Source of the DNA: Enoplolaimus lenunculus
Taxonomy: Eukaryota
Direction of reading: 5' to 3'
Assembly: GCA_030248215.1 (NCBI GenBank)
Contig: JASANG010003525.1
Coordinates: 484,077 to 504,076, forward strand
DNA length: 20,000 nt
In this document: positions 12,501-20,000 of the stretch, piece by piece
How positions within the stretch are numbered: position 1 is the first letter of the stretch
Layout of the letters: every line of letters starts with the position of its first letter
The notes under the pieces: generated by a model
What the model was told of the DNA's origin: nothing
The model's input: only the letters and a program-made list of their open reading frames with translations
The model's database searches: none
Made by a program: the position numbers and the translations under genes

Positions 12501-15500
12501 GAAAAAACGTTTAAGATTGCTTTTTTGGCAGCAGCGTAGACAGGATTTCTTATCGTTAATAGATTATATGACTATAAGCCAGTGCCGGAGCAGGTAGTGG
12601 TGGGGACTCCCCCCAAATTCCAGGGTGGGGGCCGCCAAACTCGCGAGCGAAGCGAGCAACAAGCCAGGCGCATTTCAAAACTTAGACGATTTTTGTTTCA
12701 ATACGTTAGGGTGCCCCCCCAAATGTGGGGTATGGGGGTGGCTGCTCCGGCCCTGGTATAAGCAGGTGAACAGCATAGACCCGTAGCCAGATGAGAGGCC
12801 AGGGGGCTCAGCTTCGCTTGAAGAACTCTGGACCCCCTAAAATTTTTCCAATCTTGCAAGTACGTCGTCGAAACCCTTGGATGCCCTTCCTAAAAAATTT
12901 CAGCCCACCAAAGCAAGCTGAGGTGGCTACTGGCCTGAAACAGCCAAAAGAATGTTAAAATGTTTTTCATAATAACTTCAGTAATTTCAGACCATATTCT
13001 CACTCAGTATATAAACTTTCTTTGTGAATGGGCTGTATTGAGTGAGCAAGCGTAGTTCTTTTTACGTTTCTGTGATTTTCAAAATACAATTAGTTGAACA
13101 ATGTTTATGAAAGCATTTAATTAAAACTCATAAAGAAATTCCAATATTCTATCATTGATTTTATCTATATTATTACAACTGGAACGCCCCACCTACGTAT
13201 TTTGGGCAGTTTTCCAGCATTACATTGATTACAATATTTTCACAAAGCAGAAATGTGATTGTTCTGTGGAAACAAAATTTGCATTCAGATTTTTGTGGGT
13301 TCGCCAAAGCTGGCCGACTTGTTTTTTTGTTCTCAAGAATGGTCACATTGATCCAGGGCCATAGCAACTATGCCTTGGTATTGAGGGCTACAATTGTTTT
13401 GTAGAGGCATACAAGGGTTTCAGATGACTTACAAGCGAGTTTGAATTTCTTCTAGAGGAACAGCTAAAATTCTTCCTTGAACATCTTAAACTTTCCTTAC
13501 CCAATAAACTTGCAGCACTCGTCTCTCGTGAACTGTAGCCACTTTCGTTTGCGGACACACTGAAACATGCATATATACCATTTGAAAACCAAAAGCCAAA
13601 TTCACACGTGCAAGTTTTCGCAACGCAAACATGCAGCTGCAATTTACAAATGCAAATTTTTACATCTAAAAGTTCAAGCTGCAAGTTTTGGGCTTTGAAA
13701 CAAAAATTTGCAGCTGTATGTTACAGCTGCAAGTTCTCCGCTGCAAGAATAGTCCACTATTTTTGGCAAATATTTTTTGAACACAAAGAATATTAATCAT
13801 AGGGACACGGTAGTGTCACTATTATATGTTTCTTCCAAAAGTGTTCACGTCTCTTATGTTTCTATCAAAAGTCCATTATTTCTACTATTCTGTTTTGGTG
13901 GTATTTATATACAAACGTAAGACCATTCAAGATCATGGCAACCGGTGTTCCTGCGCTATATTTAAAGAAAAAATTGTCGAAGTACTAAACGTAAACGTTT
14001 TCATAAGAATCGGAAGCGCAAAATTTCGCCTTCGTATTTGGATTCAAATCTTGTCGCAAGGTGTTCTACAGAATCGTAGATTGTAACAATCCAATTTTTT
14101 ATGTGCTACATAAGTTATCTCAACCATATACGTTAAGCTATTTATGTAACGAAAATACTATTGTTTAGTACATATATATGCGAAACATGTTAAGTAGACA
14201 ATTACGAAAAACATTAGCTTATATATGATTACAAATTAGTAACATAGCTAGTTTTTTATGTGTATTTTTTTGCCAAGGCGCGTTTTTGAAAACGTAGACG
14301 TAACCTCAAGTTGTCGAAAACTGTTTATTTACGAGCTAGAACCTTATGGCTGCAAAGCTTTTCATTCAAAGTGGTGGCCCCTTAAAGTTTAACATTTTAT
14401 TATATAAAACATATAAACCTCCAAATTTGTGCAACGAATAACATTAGTAAAGCTTATATTTTGCGAATATGTGAATGATAGAGACTCTTTATAAATCTGT
14501 GCGTGTTTTAATAATTTTTTCGGTCATCTCTTGAATCGTTAGCCATGCAAAAGCAGTCTCTTTCAAAAACGTGACGCTCCAACACAGCGGGCTATCATTA
14601 TGGTATGAACCGGCCCGGATTTTTCAGGCCCACGCCCGGCCGCCTTAGTTTATCGTTTTCGAAAAGAAAACAAGAATAAGTTACAAAGCAAACCTTATAG
14701 TTGCGGATTCGCAGTTTTGACTGGGGATGAAATGCATTATTAGAATTTCTTGTGCAATTAAGAGGAAACGAACAAAAGTGTGTTTCAAGCAATTTTCCAC
14801 GTCCACATTTTGATGCAAATGCGTATTCAGCATGTTTCACAAAATATTTGTTGCAGCCATATTTTTAAATGCTGCGCATTCCAGTTATATATTTAACGCA
14901 ATTCAAGTGTGCAATACAAAATTGAAAGTATCCGAATCAGCATTCTTCCAAAATACCGATTACAATGCCGATATCGATGTATTGGTTCTACACTACTATG
15001 CAGCATAAAATCAGTTTTCACTAGAGAAAGTAATTATCAATTGTATTGATTTTCCATCTGAATTCAAACAATTTATATGAATTAAAATATATTAGCATTA
15101 TAAATTGAGCGAGTTACCTAATAAATAAAAATGAAATTAGGAAAGTAAAATTTGAATATTTTCGTACTTAAGGTAAATTTACATCAAATTTCTTCCTAAA
15201 GTTTAGTAACTAGAATGAAAAGTGCCCCGATGTGGTAATACAAAACGATATGTTTCGGGTATTGTAAGATTTTTAGTTGAATACCGCTTGTATTACAATT
15301 TCCATGCATGCGTATCAAGTTTTAAAAGTAGATTAATTTGATGCCAATCAGCGTCCTTTCGAAACATGACACAACAATACTATAGAATTAATAACAGTTA
15401 AATCATTCAGTTTGATTGACTGCGTAACGGAAACATAACCGCAACGTTCTATGACAGCGGCCAAATAGACATGTTTTCGGGTCTAGCCATTTTTCAGCTG

Positions 15501-18500
15501 CGCTTACCGCCACATACGGTTAAATTTTGATCCACTGTTTCGAAATATTACAATAAGAAATAAATACTAATTTTGTGTTTTAAAAATAGTATATAAATAG
15601 AAATTAAGCGTAAAAAGCTGATGACCCATTAAAAACGTGTTTGTTCGTCATTGGGTCAATGTAAACAACAGGAACGGATCAGTATTATAAGCATATTCCT
15701 AATCCTACGCCTAAGCATGAGCGTTAGAATGAGCCTATACCTAAGCCTAAGCCTAAGCGTAAGAATGAGCATAATCCTAAGCCTAAGCCAAACAAAAAAT
15801 TAGTCAAAACTTCAAGCTTATTCTATTCTATTTCACAGAAAAACGTTGCGCCCCTGATCTTTACATGGGCGGTCAATTGGAATACAACGCAGATTTCGTC
15901 AGCGAAGTTGCAAATGTTTCGTTACGTAATCACTCAAATATTTTAATGTTTTAAAAGTTTGCTAAAATCTGGGTACCGTTTAGCCAAGTATGGAGAGGGC
16001 ACTGTGCGGTACAAAATTTATACAGCTCCAAAACTTGATGGGTTATCGTTTTCTATAGCCTCGTCGGAACACTTTACCATCTGTTGTGACTTTTCTCCGA
16101 TAAACTTGCGGACATGTTTTCGTTACGCAGTCAATCAAACTGAATGATTTAACTTTTATTAATTCTATAGTATTGTTGTGTCATGTTTCAGGAGGACGCT
16201 GATTGGCATCAAATTAATCTACTTTTAAAACTTTATACGCATGCATGGAAATTGTAATACAAGCGGTATTCAACTAAAAATCTTACAATACCCGAAACAT
16301 ATCGTTTTGTATTACCACATCGGGGCACTTTTCATTCTAGTCTTATAGCGGTTGACACAGGAATATTGAATTCCTTCGTAAACAAAAGTAAACAACTCGA
16401 GTAAAAGCTTCACAAGCCTATGCGCTTTCCTACACAAAACCTGACGTTGCTGTGGCGACGTACTTAGTTTTCAGTGATTGCTCGCTACCACAAGAACTTG
16501 GCATCAACTGTCGCTTTTCTGCCATAAAATCGTCATTTCCACGACCGTAAATATTGCCTGCCTTGAGCCCAATCTTTTGCTCTATACATCCATCTGGTTG
16601 CCCTTTACAACCATCGCTTTCCATTGAAGGAATTCGACTTGGATCAAGAGTCAACGGGCAAACGAGCAGCCTTGCTGCTAACTCTTTTCTTTTCAACTCC
16701 AGTAAATCGTTGCTTTTACGCTCACAATTTGATCGAGTGGTTTCTTTGATAGCTGGCAAACTGCGAACGCTGCTCAACAGTGACCTAGGTTCGGTGAGAA
16801 GTTGATTTGCTGAATAGGGCCGGCCAGGCCACGGCGCACTGGGAGGCGGACTGTAGGCGGCCGCAGAATCAGGACTTGTGCTGTGATTTGCGAGCGGAGA
16901 CGCAATTCGCAGGCAAGTGTATGGCTGAAAGGTTGAAAAAATTACAAAAGATCAGTAAGTCCTACATATCAGGAGTCAGGACAGGCAGGAAATCACAATT
17001 TTATTAACTATTGGAAATCTGGGTCCATGTATAGAACAGAGCCGGATCGTTATCCGGAGCGGCTGTAATAGAGTCAGTTTAAGCTTTAGACTAAATTTTT
17101 TGCTTAGACTTAGGCCTAGGCTTAGGAACAGGCTCATTCTTACTCTTAGGCTTAGGTATGCTTAGGCTTAGGTTCCCTGTTATACATGGGCCAAAATCTA
17201 CAAGATACGCAGATTTAAAAATGAACGTGAAATCACTCGCTTGCTTATGAAAGACAGATATGATGTCCTTTATTGATAAAATAAAACAAGACTTTTAGTT
17301 GTAATTAGTTTAAGCTTGGGCTTACGTTCATGGTTAGAATTAAGCTTCCCGATCTTGTTTAGAATCCGTTCTGTGTATGTATGATTTGAGGCATAGTGGG
17401 TCTAGCTATTGTTGCAAAGCATATGTTGAAATTAATATAGCAATTTTTTTCTGCCAAATTTTGCTTATGAACTATTGTTTTTCCCACGCGCTATAAAGAC
17501 GACATTATCACTAAGTTGTGTTATCCTCAAAAATATTCTTGATCCGCTAACGTTTACCTCCATTGGAGTTGATCTGGGTGAATCAACGCATAAATCGCTG
17601 CCGGTATTACGAATTTCGTCACAAAATTGTTGATAAAATCTGAAATTATGATGCTAAAATATTGTTTTTTTGGAAAAAGTTCAAATTGATATGTTACTTA
17701 TATCAAGACTGGATGATCAAGGACAAGGTTATGCATCTGTCGGATTTCGCGTGGCACAAAAAGTACCACCACGCGTTGCATTTTTGCTGTACCTTTTCCC
17801 CTTATTTAAAGGGGGGGTCAATGTCCCGTAATATAATATTCTGTAGTTTTTAGACTGTATACGAAGCACTTTGTGGCATGGCATATGTATTTTTTCGCTG
17901 TGCGCAAATCACAAATACCCCTCTAAGGGGTGTCGGCCCAAAACGCAACGTGCGCTGGGTACGTTCTTTTGTACACAGAATGTACCCAGTTGCACACTCT
18001 TTATATCATCCACTCTTGTTTATATAAATACCCACAGTCTGAGGGTCGTAAACTCTTTCTCTGATATAATTGTTTTCCGATTTCATCTTTGTTTTTTCAT
18101 AGAATATCTGTTTTTGTATTCGAAAAATTTAAATCTTTTTTATTTTAATTCTAATTCTCTACTGTTGATTCGAACCTCGAAGATTGGAGTGAAAGGCGTT
18201 GATCATCCAAACTCAGCTATTGGAGCACACCGCCGGAGCTCTCACGTCTTGTGAAAGAATTTGTACTGTATATACGTGTAGTAAACACAATGAATTGTGC
18301 ATTATTTCATTATACGCACACTACGTTTAGTTGCTCAGAGTCAACTCTATGTGACAAGTGGTTACAGATAGTAGAAGGTAATCGTAATTTTTTCCTTTAA
18401 ATTCTAGTTTACTTCTAGAGCGGGCTCGCAGCCTCAGCGTAATCAGTAATACCCTTCTTAAAGTTTAGCTTTCCATAGTACAATTTTAATCTCGTTAGTA

Positions 18501-19008
18501 AATCATGTTTAATCTTCGCGTGCCCCTTGTGTTTCATTTAACCCCCTCTTTAGCATTTCGCTGTCGGCCTGAATTGTAATCCCTATAGAGCGGAGAGATG
18601 TTTTTAGCCCAGGCAATTTTGATAACGTCTCTGCCGTTGAAACGTACCCAGCTCTTGTCGAAATACCACTTCGCAGCGATTCCGAAGTCCTCGATCGAAC
18701 AACAGGAGTGATCGGCCTGGTTGTTAGTGACCACCCGTCTGCCTCCGCCAAACATTCCTTTAGAAGCAACGGTCTTCCGATTGCGCTCCATGCCAGCGAT
18801 CAGCTTCAGTTGATTTGATGCCTAACTTGCGAAGTTCTAACGCCAATTTAGCGTCTTTGATAATTTCTGCGCTCGTTAGCACTCGATGTGGATGTCGTAG
18901 ACCAGATTCAAAATTTTCTGCTCTAAATTCTTCTCTGTGGCAGTTTGATCCTCTTGCTCCGAGACCGTATAACCCAGGACGGGGGTTTTGAAAATGGCTC
19001 GACATCAT
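230..19008 (-). CDS. ARMC2: Spliced armadillo repeat-containing protein 2 (ARMC2/PF27-like) gene; 16 coding exons in window, 3' end runs off the left edge
   Basis: Manual exon chain (minus): 19008-18648, 17639-17558, 16924-16464, 13559-13501, 12497-12336, 11300-11131, 10215-10113, 9633-9251, 8339-8188, 6991-6892, 5395-5201, 3821-3735, 2936-2840, 2330-2208, 1215-1096, 583-230. All introns are GT-AG with matching phases. Peptides are collinear with human ARMC2 as recalled: TSAEIIKDAKLAL~TSAEIISEARNAL; TRPITP~QRPFTP; NICRLLYILSKNCSNDSMF~NVCKLIFKISRNEKNDSLI; DIAVRLLFVLGNL~DLVVRVVFILGNL; EDLLIKLVRALANLSVH~EDVLIKLTRVLANIAIH; LEAVDVLSNLSQ~LEAVRVFGNLSQ; CIGVLINM~ACGVLLNL. No database search was run. 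Confidence 0.88.
749..1033. mobile_element. Degenerate hAT-type MITE (CAGGGGCGTAGCCA-like end)
   Basis: CATGGGCGTAGCCAG...TGGCTAAACAATCTA; weak TSD TCCGTAAG/CCCGCAGG. Confidence 0.5.
1096..1215 (-). CDS. ARMC2: ARMC2 exon 15 (AVFDIVS...LEAVDVLSNLSQSDTVTEWLCQMK)
   Basis: TTTTTAG acceptor, AAG|GTACAG donor; resembles LEAVRVFGNLSQDHDVCDF. Confidence 0.9.
1371..1600 (+). mobile_element. TTAGGC-carrying MITE (family T), 6-bp TSD
   Basis: GGGCCAATGTAAA...TTTGCATGGACCG; TSD GAGTTT/GAGTTT; internal (GCCTAA)n and AAAAAATAGTCTAAAGCT. Confidence 0.85.
1960..2204. mobile_element. CAC..GTG MITE with TA target duplication, inserted in the exon 14 donor
   Basis: CACACAAAAAGTATTTCT/AGAAATATTCTTTTGAGTG; TA at 1958-1959 and 2205-2206. 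Confidence 0.7.
2208..2330 (-). CDS. ARMC2: ARMC2 exon 14 (ENKQRFTSEELVLNTLVLLKNLSFF...TIAS)
   Basis: TTTCCAG acceptor, CAG|GTACAC donor; resembles EELVINATATINNLSYY. Confidence 0.9.
2672..2794 (-). mobile_element. CCGGAG-repeat element (end CAGGGTGCAACCGGAGGTGAAAAAT), short copy
   Basis: Reverse complement matches 19638 onward; explains ORFs in 2516-2806. Confidence 0.75.
2840..2936 (-). CDS. ARMC2: ARMC2 exon 13 (LVRALANLSVHETVGSSLCKRPDLVQCLVQVL)
   Basis: TTTTAG acceptor, G|GTAATT donor; resembles LTRVLANIAIHPGVG. Confidence 0.9.
3007..3390. mobile_element. Two shorter TTAGGC-carrying elements in opposite orientation (3007-3120 minus, 3259-3390 plus); another remnant at ~4915-4990
   Basis: Same TAGACTA-T(n)-GCTTAGG core; ends GGGCCGTAACAGTAG/TACTCTTTTACAGACCC; TSDs not convincing. 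Confidence 0.6.
3735..3821 (-). CDS. ARMC2: ARMC2 exon 12 (KTNDSNDFKKQDDTRHGNVDEYSEDLLIK)
   Basis: The TTTCAG acceptor lies in the terminal unit of the 25-bp array; AAG|GTAAAA donor; EDLLIK resembles EDVLIK. Confidence 0.85.
3816..4543. repeat. Minisatellite, 29 x 25 bp (CGATTTCTGAAATAGTTTCAGTGGA), no spacers
   Basis: Exact 25-nt period from 3816 to 4540. Variants: T>G at 4031/4056, G>C at 4363/4388, and A>T in the first unit. Internal hairpin CTGAAA-TAG-TTTCAG. Confidence 0.98.
4575..4740 (-). mobile_element. TTAGGC-carrying MITE (family T)
   Basis: CGGCCCATGTATA...TATACATGGGCCA; A-rich 6-bp flanks; close match to the 17021 copy. Confidence 0.85.
5017..5179 (+). mobile_element. hAT-type MITE, family A (TIR ~CAGGCCCGTAGCCA)
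   Basis: CAGTCCCGTAGCCA...TGGCTACAGATCCG; 8-bp TSD CATTGGTT/TATTGGTT; shares an internal AGGGT..GACTTACAAGCAAG block with other copies. Confidence 0.85.
5201..5395 (-). CDS. ARMC2: ARMC2 exon 11 (DIAVRLLFVLGNL...LMPVLMKIFKHNLNIDGKNK)
   Basis: CTTCAG acceptor, AAG|GTATAA donor, 65 codons, phases 0->0. Confidence 0.9.
5737..6350. mobile_element. Old diverged foldback/MITE, centre ~6040
   Basis: Symmetric inverted blocks: TTTTCGGTT/AACCGAAAA, TTCCATG..TTTGAATTTTTGAAAA/TTTTCAAAAATTCAAA..CATGGAA, AAAAGTTAGAC/GTCTAACTTTT, GTTATGGTCAAA/TTTGGCCATAAC. Confidence 0.75.
6892..6991 (-). CDS. ARMC2: ARMC2 exon 10 (KYSMANGCCETLS...FHRKQ)
   Basis: TTTTAG acceptor, weak donor CAA|GTGCTT; resembles KLTSYRDCCTALA...YQKKQ. 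Confidence 0.85.
7085..7226 (+). mobile_element. hAT-type MITE, family A
   Basis: CAGGCCCGTAACCA...TGGCTACGGGCCCG; TSD GAAGAGAT/GAAGGGAT. Confidence 0.85.
7940..8157. repeat. Minisatellite, 4 x ~54 bp (GAATCATTCAAAATCAATATTCCCACGCCAAAAATGGAATACGTATACAATTCC)
   Basis: Four near-identical direct copies about 30 nt into intron 9; explains ORFs 7834..8127 and 7973..8209. Confidence 0.95.
8188..8339 (-). CDS. ARMC2: ARMC2 exon 9 (AFAFLRNLLDS...FMLNAARFLS)
   Basis: TTTTTGCAG acceptor, AG|GTAAAA donor; resembles TATLRNLVDS...NIARIFS. Confidence 0.9.
8672..8882. mobile_element. Palindromic MITE (CACTGCAAAAAA-type ends)
   Basis: CATTGCAAAATATGGTGAGTCAAATTGAC...GTCAATTTGACTCATTATTTTTTTGTAGTG; homologous to 9898-10100. 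Confidence 0.8.
9251..9633 (-). CDS. ARMC2: ARMC2 exon 8 (HWVNCIDH...EAVLFTFGAWKFLCSN...AISVISQ)
   Basis: TTTACAG acceptor, CAG|GTGAAG donor; EAVLFTFGAWKFL resembles EAFLYCMGSIKFI. Confidence 0.85.
9898..10100. mobile_element. Palindromic MITE (CACTGCAAAAAA-type ends), TA flanks
   Basis: CATTGCAAAAAATGGTGAGTCAAATTGACTCT/AGAGTCAATTTGATTCACCATTTTTTGCAGTA; TA on both sides. Confidence 0.8.
10113..10215 (-). CDS. ARMC2: ARMC2 exon 7 (LRISGGNFANICRLLYILSKNCSNDSMFNEDQLI)
   Basis: TTTTAG acceptor, GTAAGT donor; strongest ARMC2 signature block. Confidence 0.9.
10685..10762 (-). repeat. 2 x 25-bp tandem duplication inside a dispersed repeat whose partner is at 13164-13209 (+); possible Helitron 5' end
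   Basis: TGCCCAAAATACGCACGTGGAGCGTTCCAGCTTTAATAATATAG is a near reverse complement of (A)TCTATATTATTACAACTGGAACGCCCCACCTACGTATTTTGGGCA. Confidence 0.6.
10970..11123 (+). mobile_element. hAT-type MITE, family A
   Basis: CAAGCCCGTAGCTA...TAGCTACGAACCCA; TSD ACCACACC/ACCATACC, the latter covering the exon 6 donor. Confidence 0.85.
11131..11300 (-). CDS. ARMC2: ARMC2 exon 6 (...RSRLLKQLFALLDETAPALSIRIATMCLM)
   Basis: TTTCAG acceptor, ATG|GTATGG donor; resembles human RSILLKTLCKLVD..SLSLKLAKIILA. Confidence 0.85.
11775..12036. mobile_element. Palindromic MITE (CACTGTAAA-type ends)
   Basis: TACTGTAAATTTGCCAGTGAGTTGATT/AATCAACTCATTGGAATTTACAGTG. Confidence 0.7.
12336..12497 (-). CDS. ARMC2: ARMC2 exon 5 (TNPRYSLTSM...VDQLIEAIRK)
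   Basis: TTTTTCTAG acceptor, AAG|GTACAT donor, 162 nt open, phases 1->1. Confidence 0.7.
12580..12755. mobile_element. hAT-type MITE, family B
   Basis: 14-bp TIR CAGTGCCGGAGCAG/CTGCTCCGGCCCTG (13/14); 8-bp TSD CTATAAGC/GTATAAGC. Confidence 0.85.
12776..12937 (-). mobile_element. hAT-type MITE, family A
   Basis: TAGACCCGTAGCCA...TGGCTACTGGCCTG; TSD GAACAGCA/AAACAGCC; internal sequence is the reverse complement of the other copies. Confidence 0.8.
13354..13460 (+). mobile_element. hAT-type MITE, family A, truncated and diverged
   Basis: CAGGGCCATAGCAA start plus the GGCATACAAGGGTTTCAGATGACTTACAAGC core. Confidence 0.65.
13501..13559 (-). CDS. ARMC2: ARMC2 exon 4 (VSANESGYSSRETSAASLL)
   Basis: TTTCAG acceptor, G|GTAAGG donor, phases 2->1 fit both neighbours. 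Confidence 0.65.
15209..16341. mobile_element. Foldback element with 236-bp inverted arms (15209-15444 and 16106-16341)
   Basis: Arms are equal in length with about 8 mismatches by eye; termini ACTAGAATG...CATTCTAGT; no TSD; non-coding centre. Confidence 0.9.
15653..15871 (+). mobile_element. TTAGGC-carrying MITE (family T), nested in the foldback element
   Basis: GGGTCAATGTAAA...TTTACATGGGCG; TSD GTCATT/GTCAAT; close match to the 1371 copy. Confidence 0.85.
16464..16924 (-). CDS. ARMC2: ARMC2 exon 3 (Ser/Pro-rich N-terminal region, PYTCLRIASP...SEQSLKT)
   Basis: TTTCAG acceptor at 16925, 461 nt open and GC-elevated, AA|GTACGT donor; overlaps most of ORF 16430..16777. Confidence 0.7.
17021..17193 (-). 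mobile_element. TTAGGC-carrying MITE (family T)
   Basis: GGGTCCATGTATA...TATACATGGGCCA; TSD AAATCT/AAATCT. Confidence 0.85.
17558..17639 (-). CDS. ARMC2: ARMC2 exon 2 (FYQQFCDEIRNTGSDLCVDSPRSTPME)
   Basis: TTTCAG acceptor, GAG|GTAAAC donor, open, phases 2->0 bridge exons 1 and 3; little recognisable homology. Confidence 0.65.
17746..17980. mobile_element. Degenerate inverted-repeat element
   Basis: TTCGCGTGGCACAAAAAGTACC..CGTTGCATTTT mirrored by AAAACGCAACG..GGTAC..TTTTGTACACAGAA. Confidence 0.5.
18648..19008 (-). CDS. ARMC2: ARMC2 coding exon 1 (start; contains a 1-nt frame discrepancy or an extra small intron)
   Basis: ATG at 19008 with an in-frame TAA upstream. TSAEIIKDAKLAL at 18876-18838; TRPITP at 18721-18704 in a different frame. 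Donor GG|GTACGT at 18647. Confidence 0.7.
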
Positions 19009-19497
19009 TAGAGTCGTGACAAAAATACGATGATACGGTTACACTGAATTTGTTACATTTTTGTATTGCGTTTTAAAATCAATAATTTAGACTCAATTAT
19101 TGTAAATTAAGAAGTTTATCTCAAAATTAAAACGGTGGTACACGTTATCAACGCCTGTTTTATGAAAGATAGGGTACTATGAGGGGCTTTTACATTGTTA
19201 TGCTTTTTAGGATCATACTTTGGCTTAAATGCAGACTTCAGAATATTAAGGTTTTACTTTAAATTTTAACAATTTTTCAATCGGATAGATTGTTAAAAAC
19301 AACTGTGTACTTGGTTTCCGAAATGGCGCAGATAATTCACAGTATTTTGTTTGGTTTTGTCCCTCTGGCTGCGTTTGTTCAAAGATGGTTGCATTTTGAA
19401 AATTTTTTAAGTATTTCAACTTCTCGCTGTTTGTAAAATTTTTAAACTTCTACTCGGAAATTAGCAAATTCTATTTCCATTTTTGAACTTTGTATTC

Positions 19498-19500
<3 letters not shown>

Positions 19501-19536
<36 letters not shown>
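19501..19536. repeat. (TA)18 microsatellite
   Basis: Directly visible. Confidence 0.98.
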
Positions 19537-19538
<2 letters not shown>

Positions 19539-19637
19539 AAGATGTAGACGCCGGGAAAGAAACACCACAGGCCTGCCGAAATTTTTTTAAATACCGAGAC
19601 AAGTACTTTTGAGGGGGTTTAAGATATGCCCTTCTGG

Positions 19638-19975
19638 CAGGGTGCAACCGGAGGTGAAAAATGCCGGAGCCCGGAGGTCAACGAAACTTGCCGGAGCCAG
19701 GAGAGCCGGAGCCGGAGGTGAGGCGAAATTAGGTAGTAAAAATGATAGTTAATTAGTTAATTTTAGCCAATATTTGCAGTATGTTGTTAAGTTATTTGGT
19801 TTACGCTACTTTCTTGGCGAAATTTGGAACATTCTTTCCTGAAAATTGTGACGAGAGTAAAATAGGTACTCGCTATAAACAGATAAATTTTTGCAAAATT
19901 ATACAAAATTTTACTACCAAAATTGCCGGAACCTCGGGCAAAAAGTTCTACCGGAGCCGGAGGCAGACCTCCCGT
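19638..19975 (+). mobile_element. CCGGAG-repeat element, longer copy
   Basis: Starts CAGGGTGCAACCGGAGGTGAAAAAT, identical to the minus-strand end at 2794; CCGGAG repeats recur at 19925-19965. Confidence 0.7.
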
Positions 19976-20000
19976 TCTCCCCTGCCTTCTAGGTCCTAGC

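Noticed and set aside
16800..16815. Alternative acceptor CTATTCAG at 16810 for exon 3
   Set aside because: It needs phase 1, whereas exon 2 ends in phase 0; the TTTCAG at 16925 fits and the frame is open through
1..20000. True telomere, autonomous transposase or RNA genes
   Set aside because: TTAGGC tracts are short, degenerate and inside TIR elements; I recognised no transposase-like ORF and no tRNA or rRNA motif

Overview
AT-rich, repeat-dense eukaryotic (animal) DNA, probably nematode: acceptors are mostly TTTCAG/TTTTAG and TTAGGC telomere-type repeats occur. Almost the whole window is one spliced minus-strand gene that the ORF track shows only in fragments. I assembled 16 coding exons by hand (ATG at 19008 to a donor at 229, about 1,000 codons; the 3' end lies left of the window). 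They encode an armadillo-repeat protein that aligns motif by motif with human ARMC2 as I recall it. All 15 internal junctions are GT-AG and phase-compatible, but exon 1 has a 1-nt frame discrepancy. The introns hold many non-autonomous transposons: hAT-type MITEs with 8-bp TSDs, CAC..GTG palindromic MITEs, a TTAGGC-carrying MITE family with 6-bp TSDs, and a 1.1-kb foldback with 236-bp arms. The most unusual structure is a 29 x 25-bp tandem array whose unit is the 3' splice site of exon 12, placing 28 decoy acceptors upstream of the only productive one. No CRISPR array, RNA gene or transposase was found.
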